DNA of 64,000 bases from Phaeosaccion multiseriatum. Lineage: Eukaryota > Protista > Ochrophyta, other classes. A model generated the notes under the pieces. It saw only the letters and a list, made by a program, of their open reading frames with translations, did no database searches and was not told the origin of the DNA. Made by a program: the position numbers and the translations under genes. Shown piece by piece: positions 1 through 11,731 of the stretch (positions are counted from its first letter, which is position 1; each line of letters opens with the position of its first letter). The stretch spans positions 372,001-436,000 of the forward strand of contig OZ218957.1 of the NCBI GenBank assembly GCA_965112735.1, written 5' to 3'.

Positions 1-2732
1 CGCCTCCAACAGCTGCACCAGAGAGGCCGTCCAAGAGCCGTGGCCGTAGCTGTAGCCCGCCTGTTGCTGCTGCTGCTGCCCATCGGAAGGTGATGTTCCC
101 TCCTCCTCCCTGTGGCCCAGCACCACAAGCATAGCGATGAGAGGCTCCTTCTTGGCGAGCTTGCGAGGGGCCACCTTGCGGAAGCTCACCTACGGAGCAA
201 GGGGAAGGCAGCAGACGGCAGACGGCAAAGTGAGCGCGTATGTGTGTGTGTGTGTCGCGGAGGACCGCGCGAGGAGCGCACAGACAGGCCTTGTCCTAAG
301 CGATGCCCTGCCCCTTTGCTGCCTTTACCTTGAGTTTGTCGTCGACTTGTCCGTGCAAGCGGATGGCCCTGTGCGGCTCGCCCTCGAGCAGTGTGAGCAC
401 CGTCTCCGCCACTTGCTCCTTGAGGTCGAGGCGCCGCTCCAGATCGGACACGCGTAGGGCTCGCTGCGGCAAGTGCTGAGGTAAAGGGGAGGGGGGGGGG
501 GGGATGGCAAGCGGACGGGGCAGACATGAGGCCCCGCTACAGGGAAGAGTATCAACACCCGGCACGGCAAGGGAAATGGAAGGGTGGGGGGAGACAAGAC
601 AACGCATGGTAATGCAAGACAAAGTAAAGTAAGTTACACCTGCTTGACACCTGCTTGACACCTGCTTGACATCTGCTTGACACCTGCTTGACACATGCCT
701 CTCTTCGCACCGCACCTGTTCTTTCCGCCCCTCCCTCTCCTCCTCCTCCTCGTCCTCCTCCTCCTGCGCCTCTCTGCCCGTCACGAAGAGCGCTCTGAGT
801 AGGCCTCTGATCTGCACCTTCTCCAGCCCGTTGGCGTGCGCCAGGGAGTGGTGCACCAACGCGTCTGCCTGGCTCAGAAGGAGGCGACAGAACGCCGGGG
901 ACCCGTCCCGACCTGCGCGGCCGATCTCCTGCGCAGGAGGGGAGAGGGGCAAACATTTCGGAGCGTATGGGCAGGTAGAGAGTTAAGGAGCCGCACAGGT
1001 GTCAGAGCAGGGCAGGGCAGGGCAGGGCAGGGCAGGGCAGCGTCACCACAGAGGGAACAGTACGGAGGGAAGAAGAGGGAGGGAGGTGCTGTCTCTGCCG
1101 TTACACGCCCATACACTTACGCAAGGCGACAGTTACGGATTTACTGACTTACTGACCTGCACGTAGTTCTCGATGCTCTTGGGCATGTCCATATGAATCA
1201 CGCCCCTCACGCTGCTCATGTCCACGCCCAGCCCGAAGGCCACAGTGGCCACCACCACCCTTGCTTTGCCCCTCATGAAGCTTGCTTGCGCCTTCTGCCT
1301 GAGGCGTGCGTCCATCCCTCCGTGATAGCACACGCAGCTCACACCACGGCCCTGCAGCTGCTCCGACACCACCTGAGCCGTCACCTGTGGTGTGAAGGAT
1401 GCCACGCACGTCAAGGGGCGGGGTGCCAGCGGATGGCAGTGGATGGCAGAGGATGGGGAGGCGGGGGGGGGGGGCAGAGGAGGCACGGGGGGGAGGCGAA
1501 GGGAGGGGCGAAGGGAGGGGTGAAGGGAGGGGTGAAGGGAGGTCAGCTGGTGGTCACGGTGGATAGGGCTGTAACACACCCACGTACGCACGCGCGCACG
1601 CGCGCACGCACGCACGCACGCACGCACGCACATATCCACACACAAGGCAATTGACCCTGCCCCTCCTTGCCCTTTTCTTGCCCCTTGCAGGCCTGCAAGC
1701 ACTGCCGTGTGAGTACGAGTTTGAGTTTAGGGTATATATAGCGTACCTGTCTCCACACGTACACAATGACGGACCCCCTATCGTAGGGCCTGTTCTGAAG
1801 GAGCCGCTCCACCGCCGTCTGCTTCTCCTCCTCCCCCGCCACACGCTGCACAGAGATGCGAAGGTTGGGCCTATCCCAGGACCCCACTCGCACCCCGCCA
1901 CCGCCTGCTGTACCTCCAACAGCTGTACCACCAGCTGCTGTATGACCAACTGGTGCATCACAAGGGATGGGGCCTGTGGCGTGTGTAAGTTGGCGGAGCT
2001 CTTTGGAGCCGAGGTCCTGTGTCACACGAGCAGGATTGATGTGCAGCACCTCGCAGATGTTCGCCATCACGGCCTGAGGGGGGGGGGGGGAGGGGAGGGG
2101 AGAGAGGGGAGGGAGGGGAGGGGAGGGGAGGGAAGGGAGGGGAGGGGAGGGGAGGGAGGGGAGGGGAGATATTCGTGTTCGCCAGGGAAGGGGCAGCAGA
2201 AGCAGGGGGGGAGAAGCCGCACCAGCGTCAGGAGAGCGAGGCAGAGGGGCGGGGCAGGAGAAGGGTGGAGGTAGAGGAGGCAGGAGGAGAAGGTCGAGCT
2301 TGCCACACTCTTGCCACGCTCGGACGGCAACGCTCGGACGGCAGAGCGAGAGCGCCAAACACTAAGGACAATAAGAGAGCAGTCTCCACCCTCACCCTGA
2401 CATGGCCCGACCCACCCTCAGTCCTGACAACCTGACCCACCCTCAGTCCTGACACCCTGACCCACCCTCAGTCCTGACACCCTTCGTCCTGACACCCCCC
2501 ACGCACCTGGCTGGCGGTGGCGGTGAGGGCAAGCACGGCTTTGGGCCTCAGGTTGGGAATCTCATGGCGGAGGCGGAGGTAGCAGGGGCGGAAGTTGTGA
2601 CTCCACTGACTTATGCAGTGGGCCTCGTCCACGCACAGCAGAGACACCGGAGGCAGCGCCCCCGGGGTGGACACGAGGCGGCGGAAGGAGGCACTGCACA
2701 GCCGCTCGGGGGAGAGGAAGAGCACCTTCAGG

Positions 2733-2763
<31 letters not shown>

Positions 2764-3365
2764 GAGAGAGGGGGGGGGGGGGCAGGGGATAGTGCGTCGG
2801 GAAGGGGAAGGGGAAGGAGAAGAGGGAGGGGAGGAAAGGGAAGGGTAAGAGGGAGGGGAAAGGGACGGGGTAAGAGGAAGAGGAAAAGGCAGGAACGTTA
2901 GGAGCAGGATCTGACCTTGACGCGGCCGGCGCGGAGGTCAGACACGGTGGAGGCAATCTCTCGAAGGGTGCAGTGCTGACCCGATAGGGACGCCCCGGGC
3001 AGCTCGGGGGGGAGCTTGGACAGCTGCAGGGGACGGGTGGGGATGGCATTGGATGGCAGTGGATGAGGGGGGAGGGTGGTGAGGATAGGAAGGAAGAGAC
3101 GGCAGTGGATGGGGAGGGGGTGTGGCGAGAGAGGTGCGGCTGCGTTGGGCCACATGGGGATTCAAGACACCCAACTACACGCACCTGGTCCTCCATGAGC
3201 GACACGAGGGGAGACACGACGATGGTGATTCCGGGCAGCAGCAGAGCGGGCAGCTGGTACGCCAAGGACTTGCCTGTGGGATGGCAGTGGATGGCAGTGG
3301 ATGGGGGTGGATGGGGGTGAGGGTTAGTAGCCGGCACGTCAGGGCCTTGCTGGGGGGTTGTGTTG

Positions 3366-3418
<53 letters not shown>

Positions 3419-4499
3419 GTGTGTGTGTGTGTGTATGTGCGTGTGGGACGGGTGTGCACGGCGAAGGAGAGAGTGAGAGAGAAGAGAGCCAAAGCGTGAC
3501 ACACTGCCCAAAGGAGACAAACTGAGAAGAGCGGGAGAGAGGGGAGAGGACTTGTCGGCCCCACCGGTTCAAGTCTTCGCACTGCCTGACTGTCCCTCCC
3601 CCCCCCCTCCCCCCATCAACTGCCGTCCACTGCCATCCCCCCCCAAGTGACTTGCCTGTGCCAGTGGCAAGGACTAGTAAGCTGTTCCTCCCCTGTAGGG
3701 TCCTCTTCACGGCCCACTCCTGCCCCGCCCTGAAGCTGGAGTGTCCGAACACCGACCTCAGTGCCCTCCCCACCGTCAAGGGGCCCCTCTCCCTCTCCGT
3801 GTCCGGCATAGGAGGGGATCGAGCCTTGCCCTTGCCCTTACCCTTGCCCCTGCCCCTGCCCACGGCCTCGCCCTTTCGCTTCCTTTTGGCGGCGGGAAGC
3901 CCTCCCTCGCCGTCGCTGCCGTCGCTGTCGTCGCTGGTGTCGCTGTCACTGTCACTGTCACTGTCACTGTCACTGCCCATAAGCCTGCCCCTGCCTATAT
4001 GCCTGTCCCTGCCCACTTTCTCCACGTGCCCAACCTCCTCGAGCTCGATCCGTTCCCAGTCCTGCTCTTCCTCCATTGCCTCTTCCTCTTCCTCTTCCTC
4101 TTCCTCTTCCTCTCCGTCGTCCTCTTCGTCCGAGTAGGGGCTCTCTCCGCCGCTGTCAATCAGTTCACTCCACGGGCACAAGTCATGACTGCCCTCACTA
4201 CCCTCGCTCGCGTCGCCATCACAGTCGTCGTCGACACCACCCTCTCCATCTTCGAAGTCCTCATCCTCATCCTCATCCTCGCCATCACCCCCCCCTCCCT
4301 CAGCCTTGTCCTCCTCGTCGCCCCCCCCTGCTGCCCCGCTGCTGGCCCTGGCTTTCCTCTGCTGCCATCTGAACAGCGCCACTTGCAGAGCAAGGTCGTC
4401 TTGCGGCGCCTCTCCGCAGTCCTCGGCGGCGTACGCTGCGGCAGCGGCACTAATGGGAGGAGGAGATGCCTTGACCTGAGGAGCGCCTCCTTGCCCTTG

Positions 4500-4547
<48 letters not shown>

Positions 4548-5373
4548 GCTCTCCCGGAAGCGGGCCAGCTTGCTCGCCAGCGGCGCACACTCCATGCCCA
4601 CGATGTCGAAGTCGAAGCTTGCCTCGTCCTCCCCGGACTCGGAGCCGGAGTCGACAGTGGAAGATTCGGAGGACGACTCCTCAGCGCCCCCTCCTCCCTC
4701 GCTGCTGTCCCTCTTACTGTCACTGCCCACCCCTCTCTGACCCATATACCCCTGCTTGTGCCCCTGTTTGACAAGCTTGCAGGCGCGGGCTCTCCCTAGA
4801 CGCACCAGCTGCAGCTGCAGGAGACGGTCCACGAGCACCCCCTTGGAGCCGGCCAAGGACGGGGATGGCAGTAGACGGCTCTCCTTGAGGCGCGCCTTAA
4901 GCTCGGGTACGGTGAGGGCGGCGAAGCGCTTGTGCCACATCAGCCCTTGACGGTGCAGCCACTCCTCCTTAGAGCCCTTAGTAGAGCTCTTCTTACCCTT
5001 GGAAGATTGGCCTGCCCCTCCTGCTGCCTGCGCCCTTTGACTCTCCGGTCTGAGGCTGTGGAGCGCCACCTCGGGATTGTCCTCCGCCCACATAAACATG
5101 TCGCAACCCTCCCCCCGGGGCAGAGAGCAAGCGTAGAACCACCTGCCCTTGTTGCCGCCGGCCTTCTTGACCTTGAGCAGCTTGCACATACGCTGATGGC
5201 GAGGACACTTGGGGGCCAGCAGTCTGAGTTCGTCCTCCTCGGCCTGCCCGGCCTTTGACTTCGCCTTCTTGTCATTCAGCGTCGCCAGCTTTAAAGCCAC
5301 CCTCGCGCGGCGCCCCTCTTCCTCTTCCTCCTCCTCGTCGTCGTCATCCTCCTCCTCCTCCTGCTGCTGCTGC

Positions 5374-5405
<32 letters not shown>

Positions 5406-8400
5406 ATTCAACTCGTCCCTTCCTCCCTCCTTACCCATTCCCACTGCCATTGCCCTCGCCCCCCCTCCCCCTTCGCCCCCCGCCCCTCCCATGGCGTCGA
5501 GGCATTGCTCCAGAGGGTCCACCCCTCCGCGCTCGTGCCCCCTGCTGCGCCCGCCTCCCCCGCTGGGCCGCTGCGCCATTTCGCCAGAGACTGGATCTAG
5601 CACGGGCTTCCAACCCCCAGAGCCGCCGCTCTTCCACCTGGAGGGTCAAGGCCATGGGAGGAGGAGGAGGAGGAGGTGGTGGAAGTAGATGGCAGTGGAT
5701 GGCAGTGGATGGCAGTGGACGGCATGGGAGAGGAGGAGATGACAGTAGAGGGCATAGAGAAGAGGGACTGTCAGCACACCGCCACACGACAGAGAGAGAA
5801 AGCCGTCGTCGGACTAACCCCCTACCATCTGCCGCCATCCCCCTCCCCCTCTCCTCTGAACTCGACTCACTTGCTGTGGTAGCGCTCGTCCTGCTTCCTC
5901 CTCCAGAGCTTGTTCTTGGTCTTGCCGTTCCTGGTGCGCATGAGGCCCCTCTTTTTCATATCCATCCTTACGAAGTTGTCACTCACCTCCGGCGACCTGT
6001 GAGTTGAGCCCTTTGAGCCCTTCCTCTTGTTCACCCCCTTCGCAGCAGCAGGGGGAGCAACAGGAAGAGCGGCAGTCATATGGGCAGCCCCACCCCCCCG
6101 CGCCGCTGCCTTCCCCTTGGCTTTGGTGGCAGGCTCACTCCCCTCCGTCCCTTCCCGTCCCTGCTCATGCTCGCCAGTCCCGGCTCCGTTGGCGGAAAGT
6201 AGTTTGGGCCGTCTCTTGCCGCCGACACCGCCGGAGGCTGATGATGATGCTGAGGCTGCTCGCCCTCCTCCTCCCCCACTCGCTGCATTCTCCTTCCCTA
6301 CTCCCACCCCCTCCACTCCAGTGCTCTTCGCCCCCTTTCCGCGACCCTTTCCCTTCCCCTCGTGCTCCTCATTCTCCCACCTCTTCTCCCAATCCTGCTC
6401 CTCCTCCTCGGGCTCTGAATTGGTGCCCTCCAAGGCCTCTAAGGTGCCACCTCCACCAATGTCTTGGTGGCCATCTTCCTCTCCATCTTTGCAATCCATC
6501 CTGTCCAAGCCGTCTTCGGAGGAGCAATCAGCCCCTCGCTCTTCTCGCCCCTTCCCATGGGGCGAGCCAGGGCCTTCGCCCTCCTCCTCCTCCTTCTCCT
6601 CCTCCTTCTCCTCCTCCTCCTCCTCCTCCTCCTCCTCCTGCGCCCCCTGCCGCTGTCCCTGTCCCCCCCCCTGCTGCTGCCTCCACGGCTCGTCCCTCTC
6701 CTCCTGCCTCGTCAGCAGCGCCTCCCTGGCCTTCCTGTCCTCCTCCTGCTGCAGCGACTGCCGCACGCGCATCTGCCAGTCTCCATTAATAGAGGGGATG
6801 GCACCAGAAGGCCGAGCGGGGGCCGCCAGTGCCAGTGCTATGGACGGCCCGGCGGTCGCCGTGGGGTCGGCGGCTGTGGTGGAGCCTCGAGCTTGCCTCC
6901 CCCTCCCCCTCCCCCCCCTGGAGGACTTCCCCCTCCCCCCCCTAGAGGACTCGCCCCGGACACTTCTCGATGCCGCGGCCACCGCTGCTGCCGCCGTGCG
7001 GTCTCGCACGAGTCCCCTGGAGGGGAGAAGGTGCCCCACTCCTCCCGTCTCCATCGTCGTCGCTATGGCCATTGCCAGGCTGGCGGGGTCGCCCTGCTGT
7101 ATCACCAACTGCTGCTCCTCCTCTTGCTTCTTCCCTTGCATCTGTATTTGCTGTCTGCTCGGTGCAGTACCACTAACTGCTGCTGCTGGTGCTGCTGGTG
7201 CTGCCGTTGTTGCCGGCCTTGGCGCCGTCGCCACAGCTGCGGCAGCGGGTAGCGGGGTCGACAGGGGCGTTCCCGAGCGGGGCCTACCCGGGGGGGGCAG
7301 TCCCCAGTCCTCGTCCTCAGAGTCGGGCTGCTCGCCCGCCCCCCCTCGGCGCTGTGGAGCGACGGTCTTCACCTCCGGCGCTCTTCGAGGAGGAAGCATC
7401 TCTTTGCCCGGGATGACAAGTCGCTCCTCCTCGTCCTCATCCTCGTCCTCATCCTCGTCCTCCTCGTCCTCCTCGTCCTCCACCACCTCCTCCTCCTGCT
7501 CCTCCTCCCCCTCCCCCTCTTCACTGCGCCACCCCCCCTCTTCGTCACTGCTCTCTTCGCAGCGGTGCGTGCTTTTGGAATCCCCCATCTTGCCCTTCCC
7601 TGTGGTATTGGCCTTGCCTCCAGCTGTCCCCTTCACCCCCTCCTCCTTGCCCTTGCTCTTGACCTTCTCCTTGCCCTTGCCCTTCGCCTTCACCTTCCCC
7701 TTCCCCTTCCCCTTCCCCTTCCCCCTCCCCTTTCCCTCCCCCTCGGCCTCCTTGACTCTCGCCTTCTCCTCCTCCTCCTCCCTGCGTAGCTCCTTGACAC
7801 TTTCTTGCAGCGCCTGTGCCCGACGTGACGTCAGCACCTTGACTTTCCGCCCCTCTCTAGCCCCCCCCTCCAGCGCGTAGCTCGGGCCCGTGCGTGTGCG
7901 GCCGTACTGGTCTTTCGCACACAGAATGCTGTTCGGGGCCGCTTCCACCGTCGGAGCGAGGCGAGGGAGGCCGAACCGAGTGTCGTCCCTCGCAGGGCCT
8001 GCCGTGGAGGCACTGGCGGTGTCCACGTCGGCATGTTGACGTGCATGACGTGCAGAGGCAGAGTCTACTCCCCCCCCTCCCAGTGCTCGCACAGGCATGG
8101 ATGCAGAGACAGAGGCGGAGGCGGCGGCGGCGGCGGCGGCGGCCACACTCGTGAAGCTCGAGAGGCTCGTGCTCGTGAAGCTCGTCACCATGGAACGCGC
8201 CTCGAGCTTGGGCTTGAGCAGCGCCAACACCTTTCTCTGTGCCGCCGCCGCCGAAGAGGGGAGCGCCCTCCCGCCCATGCCCAGGCCGCCGCTGCCCAGC
8301 AAGGAGGGGCCGCTGACCTTACGGCCACTGCCACTCCCGGGGCTGGAGCTGCGGCTGTGGGGGCGAGGAGGCTTTCGAGCTCGCAGGGTCTGGAGGAGAG

Positions 8401-8820
8401 AGCGTAGCACGGGAAACCGGGAGGGAGGGGGGTACATGGGGGGGTCAGAGGCAAAGGACAGGGTGTGATGGGCGGCGTAGCGGCCGTCAGAGTCTCCTGT
8501 TGACCGGCAAGACAGGAAAAGGAGAGTGAAGAGGAATCCTCGCGGGATGTCATCCACGGTGTTGCAGACAGACTGGGCACACGGAGCGTAGAAGAGGGAG
8601 GGTGGGTGTGTGTCACCAATGGTATCACGGATGGTATCACCTTGGTGGCTCGGCCCTGCGTGAGCTTGTCGAGCTCTCTGAAGGCGGCGAGCGTCCGCTT
8701 GGAGGCGTTGGTCGTCTCCAGCTGCAAGGCCTCCAAGTCCGCTAGGCACGGCTTGCGCCTGTGCATCTTGAAGAAGCGCGCCTCCCACTGGTCCACCTCC
8801 TTGCGCAAGGCGGCCTCCAT
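1..8820 (-). CDS. RECQL4: RECQL4-type ATP-dependent DNA helicase, multi-exon, 3' end beyond the left window edge (Sld2/Drc1-like N-terminus, zf-GRF, SAP, RecQ core)
   Basis: ATG at 8820 gives MEAALRKEVDQWEARFFKMHRRKPCLADL (Sld2-like). Also SDNFVRMDMK; zf-GRF PKCPRHQRMC...GRWFYACSLPRGEGCDMFMW (~5090-5215); SAP LTVPELKARLK...GSKGVLVDRL. Helicase motifs across exons: FGHSSFRAGQ, ATGTGKSLAYQLP, VSPLVSLMEDQ, VDEAHCISQWSHNFRP, LALTATA, YHGGM, VATVAFGLGVD, YVQEIGRAGRDG. Confidence 0.92.
640..693. repeat. Intronic 11-bp tandem repeat (CCTGCTTGACA) x~5
   Basis: Read directly; lies in a RECQL4 intron. Confidence 0.9.
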
Positions 8821-9108
8821 CACTCTGCGCTGTCTTCTCCCTAGTTCACCTTTGTCATTTCTTGTACGCTTCCTGCCCCCCCAGATTTCCCTTCTACTGA
8901 ACCCCTTAGCATTGCGAAGGTCCTCTAGTAGTCTTTGACATCTAAAAACAAGCAGCAGCAGTGGTGGGGCAGTCTGAGGAGGAAGGGAGAGGGATCGGGA
9001 AGGAGGAATAGGGGTCGGATTTAAAAAATCGTTGACTTACGTATCTCCCCTCCGAGACATCGATCCATCATTGGATCCATCGAGGAGCGGCGAAGACAAA
9101 AAAGAACG
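8821..9108. promoter_or_regulatory. Probable bidirectional promoter between RECQL4 and CZIB
   Basis: Two divergent ATGs (8820 -, 9109 +) under 300 bp apart. Confidence 0.5.
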
Positions 9109-10756
9109 ATGCCTGTCTTTGTGCTTTATGTGAAGGCGGAGCTGGAGAACATCGCCAGCGTGAAGGCGAAGGAGAACAACACGTGAGCTTTTGTCTTTCT
9201 CCGTATTCCGCCTCCTGTTTCCCTTTTTTTCCCTCTCTCTTCCCTCTCTCACGCTTGGCGGGTACTGACTTACCAACCCCCTTCCCCTCTTCTGTACATG
9301 CAGCTGGATCTTGACTGTGGCATCGCCCGACGGGTCAGAGACGAGAGAAGGCGTGTACGTGACCAGCGAGGAGGAGCAAGAGCTCGAGGGATCCAGGTCA
9401 GTGAGGGGAGCACAGAGAGGGCCTATGCCTGTGCAGGAAGGACCCCTTCAGTGTGGTCTATCGAGGGGGCGACCGAGGAGTCGCAGCGATGCCATGTTGG
9501 AGGCCAATGGGGGAGAGGGACGGGGGGGGAGGGCATGCCCTTCGCTCCTCTGTAGGCCTTACGAGATGATGCCGTGATAGGGTAGCCCCCCTCCTGCCCG
9601 TCTACCGTACGCGCATAAGTGTGCGTGCGTGCCCAGGCCGCCGTCTGTGAGGGCAAACTCCTCATCTTCCTGCTCCTGTCTGCTCCCTCTAACGCCTCGC
9701 CAGGGGCAGCGCCCACCTGGTGATCAAGTTCAAAGACCAGCCCAAACAGGCCAGCCTCACCGTGCTGCCCTCCATGTGAGTCTATCAGTCCGGGACCTGA
9801 GCTGCTCTAAAAGTGGGTACCCGAACCTGCAATGCCTACCCCAAGTGTGCTCACCTCAGTTTCTTCGCTCGCTCCCTCTCTCTCTCGTGTGCACCCCCCC
9901 CTCCTATCCTCAGTCCTGTGAAGGGCAAGGGCAAGGCGCTCCCCCTCGGGGAGATGTCGGGCGAGCAGAGCGGAGAGTATGTGCCCATGGTACGAGGTGC
10001 ATGCGGGAACGGTCACGGAACGGTCCTTCTCGCAGGGGACGCGGAAGGGCATGGGCGAGGAGGGCCAGTCCCGACGGGCCCTGGCATGAGAGAAGGGTGG
10101 CTGCATGAGTGAAGCGAAGCTTTGCGAGTGGGATTGTCTCACATCCCCTCTGTTCCTGCCCTGCCCGCCCATACACAACACCTGTTGTGTGCCTCTCGTA
10201 TGCCTCTCATATGCCTCTCTCAGGCGGCGTTCGAGTGCCGCGGCATGGAGGTGCTAGCGTGGCACCCCTCTGAGTCAGACTTCGTTGTCACCAGCGCCGC
10301 CGAGGGGGGTACGGAGTTCAGGGAGGTAGATCTGATGGACGGAGAGGGCAGGTGAGTGGGAAGGCCGGAGGGGGGGATGGCAGTGTATGGAGAGAGCAGA
10401 TGGGAGGGGGAGGTTGGCAGAGGGTGAAGAGAGTAGGTGTGGGAGGGAGAGGGGTCGAAGAGAGAGAGAGCGAGCTAGAGGTTCTGTGTGTGTGTGAGAG
10501 AGAGAGGGGAGGGGTCGAAGGGAGAGGTCAAGCTAGAGGTCCTGTGTGTGTGAGAGAGAGAGGTGAGGGGTCGAAGAGAGGGGTCGAGAGTAAGCCGAGG
10601 AGGAGTTGCAGCGTGCCTTGCCCTGCCCTTTATGAGCAGCTCCACTGCGCCCCCACCCTGCCCATCTACTGCCATCCCAGCTGGTGCGACTACGACGAGA
10701 AGGGAGATGTGTCTGTCAGCGTGACCGATCTGGAGCACAAGGTGGAGGCTGTGTAG
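9109..10756 (+). CDS. CZIB: CZIB / UPF0587 / DUF866 family protein, 6 exons
   Basis: Spliced product MPVFVLYVKAELENIASV...VYVTSEEEQELEGSRGSAHLVIKF...YVPMAAFECRGMEVLAWHP...FVVTS...GTEFREVDLMDGEGSWCDYDEKGDVSVSVTDLEHKV matches DUF866 motifs (KAELEN, GSRG.A, F.CRG.E, W.DYDEK); GT-AG introns. Confidence 0.88.
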
Positions 10757-10954
10757 CTCTGGCACTGGCTGTAAGACACCAACAGTACACCAACAGTACA
10801 CCAGCAGTACACCAACAGTACCACCAACAGTACCACCAACAGGCAGACAGACCTGCGAGGAAGGCAAGGCAGGAAGGCCCTTGTCGACCCAGGGGTGGGA
10901 CTGGCGTTGCGCGATGGCGGTCTGTTTGTGGGCTCTCGGGCGTTTGGGGAGGAA

Positions 10955-11075
10955 GTTTCTCTTGGTTAGGGGTGTTTCTCTTGGTTAGGGGTGTTTCTCT
11001 TGGTTAGGGGTGTTTCTCTTGGTTAGGGGTGTTTCTCTTGGTTAGGGGTGTTTCTCTTGGTTAGGGGTGTTTCTC
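10955..11075 (+). repeat. 19-bp minisatellite (GTTTCTCTTGGTTAGGGGT) x~6, each unit containing TTAGGG
   Basis: Perfect units read directly. Confidence 0.95.
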
Positions 11076-11144
11076 GAGGCGCCATCAAAGGCGCTGCTCG
11101 GCAGGAGGGCAGCCTCCCTCGCTCATCGCTCATCCGATGCAAGA

Positions 11145-11197
<53 letters not shown>

Positions 11198-11731
11198 CAT
11201 CTCCTGCCGCCTTCCGCTGCCATCTCTTTCTGTGACGCGGCCCCTGCGCTGGCCGAGGATTTCCCCCCTCTCGCCCCCCTCTCCTCCCTCCGGCGTGGCC
11301 CACTGAGGGTAACCACCGAGGGTCACCTCTCCTCTGCGTCGCCTTCGAGGGAGGTCGGCAGCGGCGGCGGAGGAGGAGAAGGGGAAGGAGAAGAGGAAGG
11401 AGAAGGGGAAGGGGGTGTGTAGGGCAAGGGACGGAGCGATCGAGGGACAGAGGAGAGAACGACCGAGGGTTGTGCTGCTGCTGCACCACATACACACACA
11501 CACACAGCAGCCGAGTGCTTTGGCCTAACCCGTCTATACATCAGTCTGCGGACCCCTGTACTGTAGTCAGCCCAGCCCAGTTTCACCTTGAGTTTATTAT
11601 CTCGATGAGCTCCCAACGCTCCCAACCCATAGTCAGCTGTCCGCTGCCATCTGCTGCCATCTGGGTTCTGCTCCTGCCGTGGAATCGCCCACGGGGGCTC
11701 TCCCTCCTCCCCTTGTGGCAGGCTGCTGTAG

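Noticed and set aside
6004-7880. Long plus-strand ORFs (e.g. 6027-7880, 3741-4799, 60647-62026)
   Set aside because: Antisense shadows of GC-rich low-complexity exons of minus-strand genes; no domain motifs.
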